Source of the DNA: Alphaproteobacteria bacterium UBA6324
GTDB lineage: Bacteria > Pseudomonadota > Alphaproteobacteria > CAAGCB01 > CAG-977
Reading direction: 5' to 3'
Length of the DNA: 64,000 nt
Assembly: GCA_002439085.1 (NCBI GenBank)
Contig: DJSW01000015.1
Span: forward strand, 25,393 to 89,392
Shown here: one piece after another, positions 1 through 9,652 of the stretch
How the letters are laid out: the number at the start of each line of letters is the position of its first letter
Numbering within the stretch: position 1 is the stretch's first letter
Translations under genes and position numbers: made by a program
Notes under the pieces: model-generated
Databases searched by the model: none
Told to the model about the DNA's origin: nothing
What the model saw: the letters and a program-made list of their open reading frames with translations, nothing else

Positions 1-1099
1 TTTTTTTGTTTCTGCACAAATCAATAAAATACTGGCGGCAAATTTCCTCAAAAACAAAAGCGACGTGATTGTCGATGAAGTTTTTGTTCAACTTTTCCAA
101 AACGAAATCAACGTTTCCGAATTCAAGCTCGCCTTTGTACGGAAAAACGAACTTGAACCAAAAACGCATAAAAACGTCACGGATGAAATACAGCCCTTTC
201 CGGCTTTTTTCAGGATATTTTTCCGTGGCGGGGACTTTCTTGTCCAACAAAAACAACCCTTGCAAAGTATCCAGATACGGGCTGAGCCTGTTCGTCGGAA
301 TTTCCAACGCGGCGGCGATTTCCGTCGTTTTATGTTTTTCTTGGGCGACCGCCTGCATAATCGAGAAATACCCGACGGGTTCGCGCACTTCCTTGTTCAG
401 CAGAAAAGCGGGTTCTTCGTACAGGAAACCGTTTTTGTTCAGCACAATGTCGGTGACGTTTCGCATCAACGGCCGACCGTTGTCAAACAGCTCCAAATAT
501 TTCGGAACGCCGCCCGTTACGGCATACAATTCGACGACATCCGAAAAAGACTTGCCCCGATAATATTCCCTGATGTCTTTAAAATCCAGCGGAGCCAAAC
601 GGATTTGCGCCGTTCGACGCCCGTACAGGGGGCTTTTTTCAGACAAAACCTGCTGCGTCATCATATTGATGTACGATCCGCAGATGACAACCATAATATC
701 CCGCTTCGACAGAATTTCATCCCACGCTTTTTGAAACACGGACGTGAATGCGGAATTCGTGTTCACCAAATATTGAAATTCATCTATCACCAGAACTTTT
801 TTTTGCTCCGGCCGCATTTCGGCAAAAAAGGAAAACGCCTTCAGCCAGTCGCCGAAACGCATATCCGCCAAAGCGGAATTGTTCGCAAAAGCCCCCAAAC
901 TTTTGGAAAAACGCGCCAAACTCTGCGCTTCACTTTCTTCGGTCGCCAAAAAATACAACGCGTTTTTATTTTTGATAAATTCTTGAATTAACGCCGTTTT
1001 TCCGATCCGCCGCCGACCGTAAACCACCACAAAGGCGTGATTTGATTCATATTGGCTTTGCAGATCCGCCAATTCCCGATGCCTGCCGATAAAATCCAT
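1..1099 (-). CDS. AAA-type ATP-binding protein (archaeal-ATPase/DUF234-like family); 3' end runs off the left edge of the window
   Basis: Absent from the ORF track because it has no stop in the window. The reverse complement from ATG (1099..1097) reads MDFIGRHRELADLQSQYESNHAFVVVYGRRRIGKTALIQEF..., with Walker A GRRRIGKT and later KKVLVIDEFQ (Walker-B-like). It stays open to position 2. Track ORFs 65..991 and 69..563 (+) are antisense shadows of it. Confidence 0.7.
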   Translation of the reverse strand, partial: MDFIGRHRELADLQSQYESNHAFVVVYGRRRIGKTALIQEFIKNKNALYFLATEESEAQSLARFSKSLGAFANNSALADMRFGDWLKAFSFFAEMRPEQKKVLVIDEFQYLVNTNSAFTSVFQKAWDEILSKRDIMVVICGSYINMMTQQVLSEKSPLYGRRTAQIRLAPLDFKDIREYYRGKSFSDVVELYAVTGGVPKYLELFDNGRPLMRNVTDIVLNKNGFLYEEPAFLLNKEVREPVGYFSIMQAVAQEKHKTTEIAAALEIPTNRLSPYLDTLQGLFLLDKKVPATEKYPEKSRKGLYFIRDVFMRFWFKFVFPYKGELEFGNVDFVLEKLNKNFIDNHVAFVFEEICRQYFIDLCRNKK

Positions 1100-1112
1100 A
1101 AGCCCCTCCGTT

Positions 1113-1147
1113 ATTCTAATTTAGATTAGTCTAATCACGATTAGAAT
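1113..1147. promoter_or_regulatory. nested inverted repeat (candidate operator) just upstream of the ATPase start
   Basis: ATTCTAAT-ttag-ATTAG-t-CTAAT-cacg-ATTAGAAT: outer 8-bp arms and inner 5-bp arms are both perfect inverted repeats. The element lies 14-48 bp upstream of the ATG at 1099. Confidence 0.3.
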
Positions 1148-1183
1148 GTCAACACTCTTGCATTAAACCGACTAATCCGAACA

Positions 1184-1220
1184 CAAAAAGCCCCGCTTGA
1201 AACAGTTTCAAGCGGGGCTT
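1184..1220 (-). terminator. rho-independent terminator downstream of ileS
   Basis: On the minus strand: AGCCCCGCTTGAAAC-t-GTTTCAAGCGGGGCT (15-bp stem) followed by TTTTTGTGT, 18 nt after the ileS stop. Confidence 0.8.
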
Positions 1221-1237
1221 TGCATTTTCATATAATT

Positions 1238-4200
1238 TTACGCTTTGGCGATTTTGAACGTGACCGCCGCGGCGCCGACCTCTTCGGTGTCGCCGGACAA
1301 TCCCGCCGTTTCGTCAAACGCGGTCGCCAAAACCTGTTCGGAAATATAGGCTTTGTTTTCCCGCAGCGCCGCCAAAACGGTTTCGTCGCCGGAAGTGTAA
1401 GCCACCGTGATCCTGTCGGACACGTCGAAACCGCTGTCCTTGCGTTTTTGCTGGATCACGCGGACGAAATCGCGGGCGATGCCTTCGCGTTCCAATTCCG
1501 GACGGATTTCCGTGTCCAGAACGACGACCGCCGTATTGTCGGGCAGCGCCTGCCCCGCCTTGCCGTCTTTCAACACCAGTCGCAGCTCGAATTCGTCGGG
1601 ATTCAGCGTCTGTCCCGCGATCGCCAGCGTGCCGTCGGCGTTTTTATGCCATTCGGTCGTTTTGGACGCGGCGAGGATGTCTTTCATAAACCGTCCCAGA
1701 CGTTTGCCGACCAGCGGCGTGATGATGTACAGCGTCCGGTCGGCCAATTCGGCGACATCCCGCGCCAAAATCAGCTCTTTGACGTTGACTTCGTCCTTGA
1801 CCAGCTCGGCGTAATCCGCCAGACGTTCCGCGTCGTTGCCCGCGACCGTCATCGACGCCAGCGGCAAACGGTTGCGCAGCTTGTGTTCTTCGCGCACCGC
1901 TTTGGCGGTCGAACACACGGCGCGGACGAAATCCATGTCCGCGACCAGCTTTTCGTCCGCCGCGAACGCGTTGTAATCGGGATAGTCCGCCAGATGCACG
2001 CTTTCTTCGCCCGTCAGCGCGCGATAAATGTATTCGCACGTCAGCGGCTGCAACGGGGCGATCGCCTTGACCAGCGTCACCAGAACCGTATAGAGCACGT
2101 CGAAAGCGTCCTGCCCGTTTGAAACGTCCCAGAACCGCGCGCGGGAACGGCGGATGTACCAGTTGTTCATGATTTCAAGGAAATCCGCCACGTCGGCGCA
2201 CGCCCCCACGATGTCGCAGGCATCCAGCTTTTCCGTCAGCCCTTTGACCAGATCGCGGGTTTTCGCCAAAATATAGCGATCCAGCACGTCTTTCGCCGTC
2301 GTCGTGAAGTTGGCTTTCAACCCCTCGGCGTTCGCGTACAGCGTGAAGAAATAGAACGCATTCCACAGCGGAATCAAAGCCTTGCGCGACGATTTCGCGA
2401 TTTCCTTGCCCTCGCGGTCGATGGACAGGTTGCCCCCGCGCAAAATCGGCGAAGACACCAAGAACCACCGCAACGCGTCCGATCCCAGCGTGTCAAACAC
2501 GTCCGACGGGTCGGGATAGTTGCGCAAACGCTTCGACAGCTTTTGCTGGTTTTCGTCCAGCACGACCCCGTGGCACAGGCACGTTTTGAACGGCGCGCGG
2601 TCGAACAAAGCGGTGCTCATCACCATCAGGGTATAGAACCAGCCGCGGGTCTGCGCCAGATATTCGACAATGAAATCCGCGGGCGAATGGTTTTCAAACC
2701 AGTCTTTGTTTTCAAACGGGTAATGCACCTGCGCGAACGGCATCGATCCCGATTCAAACCAGCAGTCCAGCACGTCCTCGACGCGGCGCATCATGGATTT
2801 GCCCGTCGGATCGTCGGGGTTCGGACGCACCAGCGTGTCGATGAACGGACGGTGCAGATCGGTGACTTTGACGCCGAAATCCTTTTCCAATTCGGCGATC
2901 GATCCGTACACATCGACGCGCGGATATTTCGGATCGTCGGATTTCCACACGGGAATCGGCGTTCCCCAGAAACGGTTTCTGGAAATCGACCAGTCGCGCG
3001 CGCCTTCCAGCCACATTCCCATCGCGCCGTTTTTGATGTGTTCGGGAATCCAGTTGATCGTCTGGTTGTTCGCGACCATTTTGTCGCGGAAAGCCGTGAC
3101 TTTGACGAACCAGCTGTTGATCGCCTTGTAGATCAGCGGGGTGTCCGTGCGCCAGCAGTGCGGGTAGTTGTGCTTGTACATTTCCTTGCGCACCAGCTTG
3201 CCCTCGGCTTTCAGGCGTTTGATAATCGGTTCGTTGGTTTCGAAAACCTGCATTCCCTGATAATCGGGCACTTCTTTGGTAAAGCAGCCTTTGCCGTCCA
3301 CGGGGCAGACCACGGGGATGTTGTAGGGCTGGCAGGCGATCATGTCGTCTTCGCCGAATCCGGGGGCGATGTGAACGATGCCCGTGCCGTCTTCGGTCGA
3401 AACGTAGTCCGCCTGAATGATTTGAAAAGCGTTCTTCGTCCCCTCGAAATACGGGAACAAAGGCTGATAGGTGCGTCCGACCAGCTCCGCGCCCTTGACC
3501 GTTTTGACTTTGACCGCGTTGGCAAGCTCGCGCTTGTACCGCCCGACCAGAGCGGAGGCCAGAACGTACTGAACGCCGTCTTCTTCATAGAAATCGTAAT
3601 CGAATTCCTTGTTCACGCACAGCGCCAAGTTCGACGGCAGCGTCCACGGGGTCGTCGTCCACGCCAACGCCTTGACGGGCTTCGTTTCGCCCTCAATCGG
3701 GTTCAGCGTGAACATCACGGTCACAGACGGGTCTTCGCGTTCGCGGTAACAGTTGTCCATGCGCGTTTCAAAGTTCGACACGGGGGTTTCCGCCGCCCAG
3801 CTGTACGGCTGGATGCGGACGCCCTCGTACATCAATCCTTTTTTATACAGTTCCTTGAACGCCCAGATGATGGATTCCATATAGGGCAAATCCATCGTTT
3901 TATAGTCGTTGTCGAACGACACCCAGCGCGCCTGACGCGTAACGGTTTGTTTCCATTCGTTGGTGTACATCAACACGCGTTCGCGGCAGGTTTCGTTAAA
4001 CTTGCCGATGCCGTAGGCGGAAATCGCGGCGCGCCCCGAAATGCCGAGGAACTTTTCCGTATCCATTTCGGCGGGCAGCCCGTGGCAGTCCCACCCGAAA
4101 CGGCGTTCGACGCGGTGACCACGCATCGTTTGATAGCGGGGGATGATGTCCTTGACGTAACCGGTCAGCAAATGTCCGTAGTGCGGCAAACCGTTCGCGA

Positions 4201-4375
4201 ACGGAGGGCCGTCGTAAAAGACGTACTCGTTCGATCCCTTGTCGCCCGCGGCGCGGTTGGCGACGGATTTTCTGAACGTGTCGTCCTTGCGCCAGTATTC
4301 CAGAATATCGCGTTCCAGCGCGGGAAAGTCCGCCTTGGCCGAAACGTCGGGATAATGCTTTGTTTTTTCCGTCAT
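1238..4375 (-). CDS. ileS: isoleucine--tRNA ligase (long, type-2-like form)
   Basis: Track ORF 1238..4471. The likely start is the internal ATG at 4375 (MTEKTKHYPDVSAKADFPALERDILEYWRK...). It has the class I HIGH-type motif (PHYGHLL), a KMSKS-type motif (KLSKRL) and IleRS-like editing and anticodon-binding regions. The upstream 32 codons look like non-coding read-through. Confidence 0.95.
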   Translation of the reverse strand: MTEKTKHYPDVSAKADFPALERDILEYWRKDDTFRKSVANRAAGDKGSNEYVFYDGPPFANGLPHYGHLLTGYVKDIIPRYQTMRGHRVERRFGWDCHGLPAEMDTEKFLGISGRAAISAYGIGKFNETCRERVLMYTNEWKQTVTRQARWVSFDNDYKTMDLPYMESIIWAFKELYKKGLMYEGVRIQPYSWAAETPVSNFETRMDNCYREREDPSVTVMFTLNPIEGETKPVKALAWTTTPWTLPSNLALCVNKEFDYDFYEEDGVQYVLASALVGRYKRELANAVKVKTVKGAELVGRTYQPLFPYFEGTKNAFQIIQADYVSTEDGTGIVHIAPGFGEDDMIACQPYNIPVVCPVDGKGCFTKEVPDYQGMQVFETNEPIIKRLKAEGKLVRKEMYKHNYPHCWRTDTPLIYKAINSWFVKVTAFRDKMVANNQTINWIPEHIKNGAMGMWLEGARDWSISRNRFWGTPIPVWKSDDPKYPRVDVYGSIAELEKDFGVKVTDLHRPFIDTLVRPNPDDPTGKSMMRRVEDVLDCWFESGSMPFAQVHYPFENKDWFENHSPADFIVEYLAQTRGWFYTLMVMSTALFDRAPFKTCLCHGVVLDENQQKLSKRLRNYPDPSDVFDTLGSDALRWFLVSSPILRGGNLSIDREGKEIAKSSRKALIPLWNAFYFFTLYANAEGLKANFTTTAKDVLDRYILAKTRDLVKGLTEKLDACDIVGACADVADFLEIMNNWYIRRSRARFWDVSNGQDAFDVLYTVLVTLVKAIAPLQPLTCEYIYRALTGEESVHLADYPDYNAFAADEKLVADMDFVRAVCSTAKAVREEHKLRNRLPLASMTVAGNDAERLADYAELVKDEVNVKELILARDVAELADRTLYIITPLVGKRLGRFMKDILAASKTTEWHKNADGTLAIAGQTLNPDEFELRLVLKDGKAGQALPDNTAVVVLDTEIRPELEREGIARDFVRVIQQKRKDSGFDVSDRITVAYTSGDETVLAALRENKAYISEQVLATAFDETAGLSGDTEEVGAAAVTFKIAKA

Positions 4376-4526
4376 GGTGTTCCACTTCTGTTGATGTTGA
4401 CGTCGTTTTGATATAAAGCTTTTAAAACAGATAACGGATATTATCAACAGAATCCTTGACGCAAAAGGCATTTTAAGGGATTCTTGGAAAAACGCGATTC
4501 ACTTTAATTCTTTCAAGGACACGGCC

Positions 4527-7500
4527 ATGGCGCAGAATACGGATTCGGACGGCGAAACGGAAATGCTGTTTTCCGAACAAAAAACAGACGGCGGACATTC
4601 CGGACGGTTTGAAAACACCGCCGTTGTCGCGGGGGCGGTTATTTCGCTGATATGGCTGGCCTTTGTCGCGGATTACGCCGTTTCGTCGGGTTGGTGGGCG
4701 TCGCGGCTGGACATGACGCCGGCCGAATTTTCCGGTTTCGCGGCGGGGATATTGTCGCCGTTCGCGTTCATCTGGGTGGCCGTCGCCTACTTTTCGTCCC
4801 AACGCCGCTATGTCAAAGAAGCCGGAAAACTGCGCGCTTACATTTCCGAATTCATGTACCCGAACGCCAAAAACAAAACGTATGTCAAGGCGTTGTTGGA
4901 CGACATCCGTTCCCAGACGGCCGATTTGAACGCCGTTTACGACCGCCTGCGCGATTGCGCCGACAATGCCAAAGACGCTTTGGGCGACCGGATCGGCCGA
5001 TTGACGGATCTGGCGGAAACGTTGGAACGCGGCATTGACGATTCCGCGCGCAAAATCCAAAGCGGCGTCGAAGATTTGAAAGCGGCGTCCCTGCTGGCGG
5101 ATTCCCAATCGGCACGCGGCGCGGAACTGATTGAAAAAGGGTTGAACGGGCTGCAGGAAGCCGCGCGGCAAACGAACGAAGCCTATTCGCGGCTGTCATC
5201 CGCCCTGCGATCCGACACGGACGCGTTGAAAAGCGCGGGCGACGGCCTGACCGACCAAACCGCCCGCCTGTCGGCCGAAGTCAGAGAGCAAAGCACCCTG
5301 CTGCACACCGCGGCCGAAAACGCGCGCGACGTACTGACGCGCCAAACCGCCGCCGCGACGGCCGCGTTGACGGCGCAGACGGACGCGCTGGTCGCCGCGG
5401 GAACGCAAGTGTTCGACACGCTGGACGAACAGGCGGCCGGCATCCGGCAAAACGTGTCCGGCCATGTCGAACAAATCACCCGCGCGGGACAATCGGCGCG
5501 CGACGACATTTCCGCCGTCGCCCTTGATTTGGAACAACAAACGGCGATGCTGCAAACCGCGGCCGAAAACGCGCGCGACAACACGGAAAAAATGCTGGCC
5601 GGATTGGAACGCCGCATCGCGACGCTGGAGGAAATATTCGACCGCCAGAACAACGCCATTTCCGACAAGGACGCCCTGCTGACCGAAACGTCCGAAAAAC
5701 TGCAAACGACGTTCAAGGAACAGAACGCCCTGCTGGATCAGGAGGCGGAAAAAATCGTCGCCCGTTTCCGCACGATCGAAACGACGCTGGACACTTACAT
5801 CAACGAAATCAACGCGGCATCGACCACGGCGGTGGAACAGATTTCGACCGTTTCCGATTCCCTGAACGGCAAAGCCGACCAGATTTCGACCGCCGGCGGA
5901 AAAGCGTGTTCCGAAATGGATTCGGCCGCGAACCGGATTGAACAAAGCACCGCCCGTTTGGACGATGCGGCGCAAAATCTGAAAACGACGGGACAGACCG
6001 TCGCGGACGCCTTGACGCGACAGGCGCAGGATGTGAAATCCGCGTTGGACGGGACGGAAGACAAGCTTTCCGCCATTCAAACCGGCCTTCGCGACGGGTT
6101 GGCGGAAATTGATGCCGGACTGACGGGGGCGGAGGAACGCGCCGAAACCGTCAGCCGCAAAATGGTCAAGCAGGCGGGCGAGCTGTCCGATTTGACGGGC
6201 GCGCTGGTGTCACAGGCGATCGTGACGGAAACGTCGCTGGCGCAACAACAAAAGTACGTTTCCAACGCCGCCGCGAAGCTGGAGGAAAACAAGTCCCTGC
6301 TGAAAGAACAGGCCGACGATTTGACAGGCATCGCCGATTTGTTGGACACGCGGGCGGCCGAAACGGTCGTACGCCTGTCGCGTTTGTTGGAAGACACGAT
6401 CGGTCAGGCCGGCAAGGTCGTTGATCAGATTCAGGAAATCGACACCGTTTTGGCGGACAAGATCACGTCGCTGGATTCGTCGTCGCAGCGCGCCGTCGTC
6501 GCCGGAAACACTTTGCGCGAAGATTTGGAACGCCACAAATCGCTGCTGGACGCGTCGGCGCAGCGCGTCACCGCCTATGCCGAGGAATTGGGCGCGGAAA
6601 TCACCCGCCGCACGACGCAAATGGACATTTCGTCCGAATTGCTGAAATCGCGGTCGGAAAAGGCCGTTTTGCAAATCGACGAACAGTTCCGCAAACTGAC
6701 CGACGACGCGCAGGCCATGATCGACGCGACGCAAACGGCGGCCGCGTCTTTGACGGACAGTTCGGAAAAGGTCGAAACGCTGTTCGGCCGCCAGTCGGCC
6801 ACCCTTTCCGCCGTTTCGGACAAGCTGGCGGAACAAAGCGCGCAGGTCGCCGCGTCCCTGCGCGAACAATCGGAACAGGCGGACAAGGATTTGGAACGTC
6901 TGGTTTCCCGCATCCGCTTGATCGAAGAGGGATTGAACGTCCAAACGAAAGAGCTGACCAACGCGTCGGAAATGACCGTGTCGCAGCTGGAAACGGTCGG
7001 AACCGCGTTGACGCGCCAAACCGACGTGCTGGCCGCGTTGACGGAAACGGCGAAAACGAAAATGACGGAAACCGGCGCCGCCGCGACCGCCGCGGCCGAA
7101 AAGCTGTCCGCCGCCGCGCAGGACGCGTGTTCGCGCCAATCCGAATCCGTCGCCGTTTTGGAAATGAAACAGCGGGATTTCAAACAATCCGCGGACGAAT
7201 TGATGCAACGTCTGACCCTGCTGCAGGACGAAATCGCCGAACAGACGGACGGGTTGCAGAAACAATCCGCCAAATCGACGCAACAGGCCGTCATGGTGCG
7301 CGATTCCATGCAGCGGCACATCATCGATCTGGGGGATGTCGCGAACATCGTCGCCACACAGTCGCGCATGGGCGAAGCCGCTTTGGGCAACCAGATCGAC
7401 TATTTGAAAGAAGCGGCCGAAGACGTGATGACCCACATCCGCAACATCAACGACGCCGTGCGCAAAAACACGAACGATTTGCTGGCGGCGTCTTCGCGCA

Positions 7501-8669
7501 TCGGGTTCGAGCTGGACGCCATGGGCGAAAACCTGCGCCAGCGCAACGACGAAGCGTCTAAAGCCGCCGAGGACAGCCTGAACCGGTCGCAGACGGCCGC
7601 GCAGTTTTTGGAGGAAAAGGCGCGGCTGCTGGCGTCGATGACGGATCAGGTCGTCAGCGGCCTGAACAACGCGGGCAGCGAATTCGCGGCGCAGGCCAAC
7701 CGGATCGAGGCGGCCGGCGAAATCGCCCGCGACCAGATCGAAACGACGGGGGACACGTTCCTTGTCCAATCGCACCAGCTGACCCGCATTTCGGAAGAAG
7801 CGCAAAAGGCCGTCAAAAACCTCAGCACCGTATTGCGCGAACGGGCGGTCGATTTCAACAAAACGGCCGAAAACGCCGGCGCGCAGGTGCGTTCCCTGAA
7901 CGACACGGTGCAGCAAATCGGCAAAGAGTTCGAGGAAATGTCCAACAAAGGCGTCATCCAGATCGATCTGGCCGGTCAGCGTCTGCGTTCCATGATCAGC
8001 GAAGTCGCCGGAAATTCCGAACGCATCGCGGTCGAAGTGCGCAAATCCGGCGAACAGTTTGTCGATCAATCCGATCTGCTGTCCATCGCCGCGGACGACG
8101 CGTTGAAACGCCTGCAGGAACTGTTGTCCGTCATGCGCGACAACGCCAAGGAAATTCAGGATTCCGGCGAAAAGATTTCCGCGCAGTCGATCAAGCTGGG
8201 CGGCGCGTTCAACCGGCAGGTGCAGGCGTTGATTTCCGCGTCCCGTTCGGCCGAGGAATACCTGACCGCTTTGGATCGGAAAAAGGACGACGCCGACACG
8301 GAACGCTTTATGCGCGAAGCCTCTTTCATCATTGAAAAACTGCAGTCGCTGGGCGTTGACATGGCGCGCATTTACACGCCGAACGTCGAAGAAGACCTGT
8401 GGAAACGCTATTATTCCGGCGACCGCGGCGCGTTCATCCGCCACCTGTCCCGCGCCATTGACAAAAACCAAGTACGCAAAATGACCGAATTGTTCACCGA
8501 AAACGCCGAATTCCGCGAATACGTTTCGCGCTACATCGCCGAATTCGACGGCATTTTGGCGCGCGCGCAGGAAAACGAACGCGCCGACGTGCTGACCGGC
8601 GTCCTGCTGGGGTCGGAATCCGGACGCCTGTATATGATTCTGTCCCGCGTGTTCAACAAGGAAGCGTGA
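4527..8669 (+). CDS. membrane-anchored giant coiled-coil protein (1380 aa), function unknown
   Basis: ATG at 4527. There are two N-terminal hydrophobic helices (AVVAGAVISLIWLAFVADYAV; FSGFAAGILSPFAFIWVAVAYF). About 1150 aa of Ala/Gln/Glu/Leu-rich heptad-like sequence follows, with internal duplications (TAAENARD twice), then a non-repetitive C-terminal domain (..WKRYYSGDRGAFIRHLSRAID..). Confidence 0.8.
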   Translation: MAQNTDSDGETEMLFSEQKTDGGHSGRFENTAVVAGAVISLIWLAFVADYAVSSGWWASRLDMTPAEFSGFAAGILSPFAFIWVAVAYFSSQRRYVKEAGKLRAYISEFMYPNAKNKTYVKALLDDIRSQTADLNAVYDRLRDCADNAKDALGDRIGRLTDLAETLERGIDDSARKIQSGVEDLKAASLLADSQSARGAELIEKGLNGLQEAARQTNEAYSRLSSALRSDTDALKSAGDGLTDQTARLSAEVREQSTLLHTAAENARDVLTRQTAAATAALTAQTDALVAAGTQVFDTLDEQAAGIRQNVSGHVEQITRAGQSARDDISAVALDLEQQTAMLQTAAENARDNTEKMLAGLERRIATLEEIFDRQNNAISDKDALLTETSEKLQTTFKEQNALLDQEAEKIVARFRTIETTLDTYINEINAASTTAVEQISTVSDSLNGKADQISTAGGKACSEMDSAANRIEQSTARLDDAAQNLKTTGQTVADALTRQAQDVKSALDGTEDKLSAIQTGLRDGLAEIDAGLTGAEERAETVSRKMVKQAGELSDLTGALVSQAIVTETSLAQQQKYVSNAAAKLEENKSLLKEQADDLTGIADLLDTRAAETVVRLSRLLEDTIGQAGKVVDQIQEIDTVLADKITSLDSSSQRAVVAGNTLREDLERHKSLLDASAQRVTAYAEELGAEITRRTTQMDISSELLKSRSEKAVLQIDEQFRKLTDDAQAMIDATQTAAASLTDSSEKVETLFGRQSATLSAVSDKLAEQSAQVAASLREQSEQADKDLERLVSRIRLIEEGLNVQTKELTNASEMTVSQLETVGTALTRQTDVLAALTETAKTKMTETGAAATAAAEKLSAAAQDACSRQSESVAVLEMKQRDFKQSADELMQRLTLLQDEIAEQTDGLQKQSAKSTQQAVMVRDSMQRHIIDLGDVANIVATQSRMGEAALGNQIDYLKEAAEDVMTHIRNINDAVRKNTNDLLAASSRIGFELDAMGENLRQRNDEASKAAEDSLNRSQTAAQFLEEKARLLASMTDQVVSGLNNAGSEFAAQANRIEAAGEIARDQIETTGDTFLVQSHQLTRISEEAQKAVKNLSTVLRERAVDFNKTAENAGAQVRSLNDTVQQIGKEFEEMSNKGVIQIDLAGQRLRSMISEVAGNSERIAVEVRKSGEQFVDQSDLLSIAADDALKRLQELLSVMRDNAKEIQDSGEKISAQSIKLGGAFNRQVQALISASRSAEEYLTALDRKKDDADTERFMREASFIIEKLQSLGVDMARIYTPNVEEDLWKRYYSGDRGAFIRHLSRAIDKNQVRKMTELFTENAEFREYVSRYIAEFDGILARAQENERADVLTGVLLGSESGRLYMILSRVFNKEA

Positions 8670-8715
8670 TCCGATCCGGCGCGGTTCAACCGCCCGTCCG
8701 CAACACATAAAACGA

Positions 8716-8753
8716 AAGCCCGCCGTTCCCTATGTCGGCGGGCTTGCTTTTTT
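8716..8753 (+). terminator. rho-independent terminator between convergent genes
   Basis: AAGCCCGCCG-ttccctatgt-CGGCGGGCTT followed by gcTTTTTT. An A-run on the other side allows use from both directions. Confidence 0.8.
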
Positions 8754-8779
8754 AAAAATCCTTACGCGTTTAAAAATCC

Positions 8780-9652
8780 TTACGCGGCCAAAGCGACGTT
8801 TTGCGATTGAACGAAGCGGGTCATTTTTTCAACGGCGCGGTTTTCGATTTGACGCACCCGTTCGCGGGAAATCCCCAACCGTTCGCCCAACACGTCCAAC
8901 GTGACCGGTTCTTCGGCCAACCGGCGCGCGCGCACCACTTCGCGTTCGCGGTCGTTCAGCTGACTTAACGCGCGATTCAGCAAATCCTTGCGCAAACCGT
9001 CCTCTTGCCGTTCGGCCAGATCGTTTTCGATGTTGGTTTCGTCGGTCAGGAAATCCTGCCGTTCCGCGTATCCGTCGTCATACACGGGCGTGTTCAACGA
9101 CACGTCGCCGTTCAACCGCATATCCATCGCGGTCACGTCCGATTCGGGAACGTTCAGATTTTGGGATATTTCCTTGACGCTGTCGGCGTCCAACGACGCG
9201 TCGCCGTACAGCCCCAGCCGCGCCTTGATTTTGCGCAGGTTGTAGAACAGGCGTTTTTGCGCCGCGATCGTGCCGATGCGCACCAGCGACCACGATTTCA
9301 AAATGAATTCGTTAACGGCCGCTTTGATCCACCACACGGCATAGGTGGACAGACGGTTTCCCTTTTCCGGTTCAAACCGTTTGACCGCCTGCATCAAACC
9401 GATGTTGGCTTCGGAAATCAAATCCTCCAGCGGCAGGCCGTAGAACCGGTAGGAAAAGGCGACTTTCGCCGCCAAACGCAAATGGGCGGAAATCAGCTTT
9501 TTCGCCGCGGACAAATCGCCGTGGCTGCGGAACCGGTTGGCCAGCATATATTCTTCCTCGGCGGACAGCACGGGGATGCGCCGGATGGATTCCAAATAAG
9601 AGTGGAGGCCGTTTTGAACGGCGGGTAACAAAGCTGTTGTCGTCATCGTCAT
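8780..9652 (-). CDS. rpoH: RNA polymerase sigma-32 (heat-shock) factor
   Basis: 290 aa with sigma70 regions 2-4. It carries an RpoH-box-like segment QKRLFYNLRKIKARL and the region 2 motif LISEANIGLMQAVKRFEPEKGNRLSTYAVWWIKAAV. Confidence 0.9.
   Translation of the reverse strand: MTMTTTALLPAVQNGLHSYLESIRRIPVLSAEEEYMLANRFRSHGDLSAAKKLISAHLRLAAKVAFSYRFYGLPLEDLISEANIGLMQAVKRFEPEKGNRLSTYAVWWIKAAVNEFILKSWSLVRIGTIAAQKRLFYNLRKIKARLGLYGDASLDADSVKEISQNLNVPESDVTAMDMRLNGDVSLNTPVYDDGYAERQDFLTDETNIENDLAERQEDGLRKDLLNRALSQLNDREREVVRARRLAEEPVTLDVLGERLGISRERVRQIENRAVEKMTRFVQSQNVALAA

Noticed and set aside
65-991. Plus-strand ORFs 65..991 (308 aa) and 69..563 at the left edge
   Set aside because: The opposite strand encodes a recognisable Walker-A ATPase (GRRRIGKT) in a continuous open frame that leaves the window. 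The plus-strand translations have no motifs and odd composition.
2543-4411. 622-aa plus-strand ORF, with similar long shadow ORFs opposite polA (13419..14765), flgE (17849..19384), fliK (21459..23042), dxs-like (24892..26001), uvrB (53135..54085) and the EI fusion (60796..63093)
   Set aside because: All overlap strongly supported genes on the other strand and show Arg/Gly/His/Val-rich antisense composition.
6210-8708. 832-aa minus-strand ORF, and other antisense ORFs, inside the coiled-coil gene
   Set aside because: The Arg/Gly/Phe/Gln-rich translation is typical of the reverse frame of a GC-rich Ala/Glu/Leu-coding gene. There is no SD, and it overlaps the well-supported plus-strand ORF completely.
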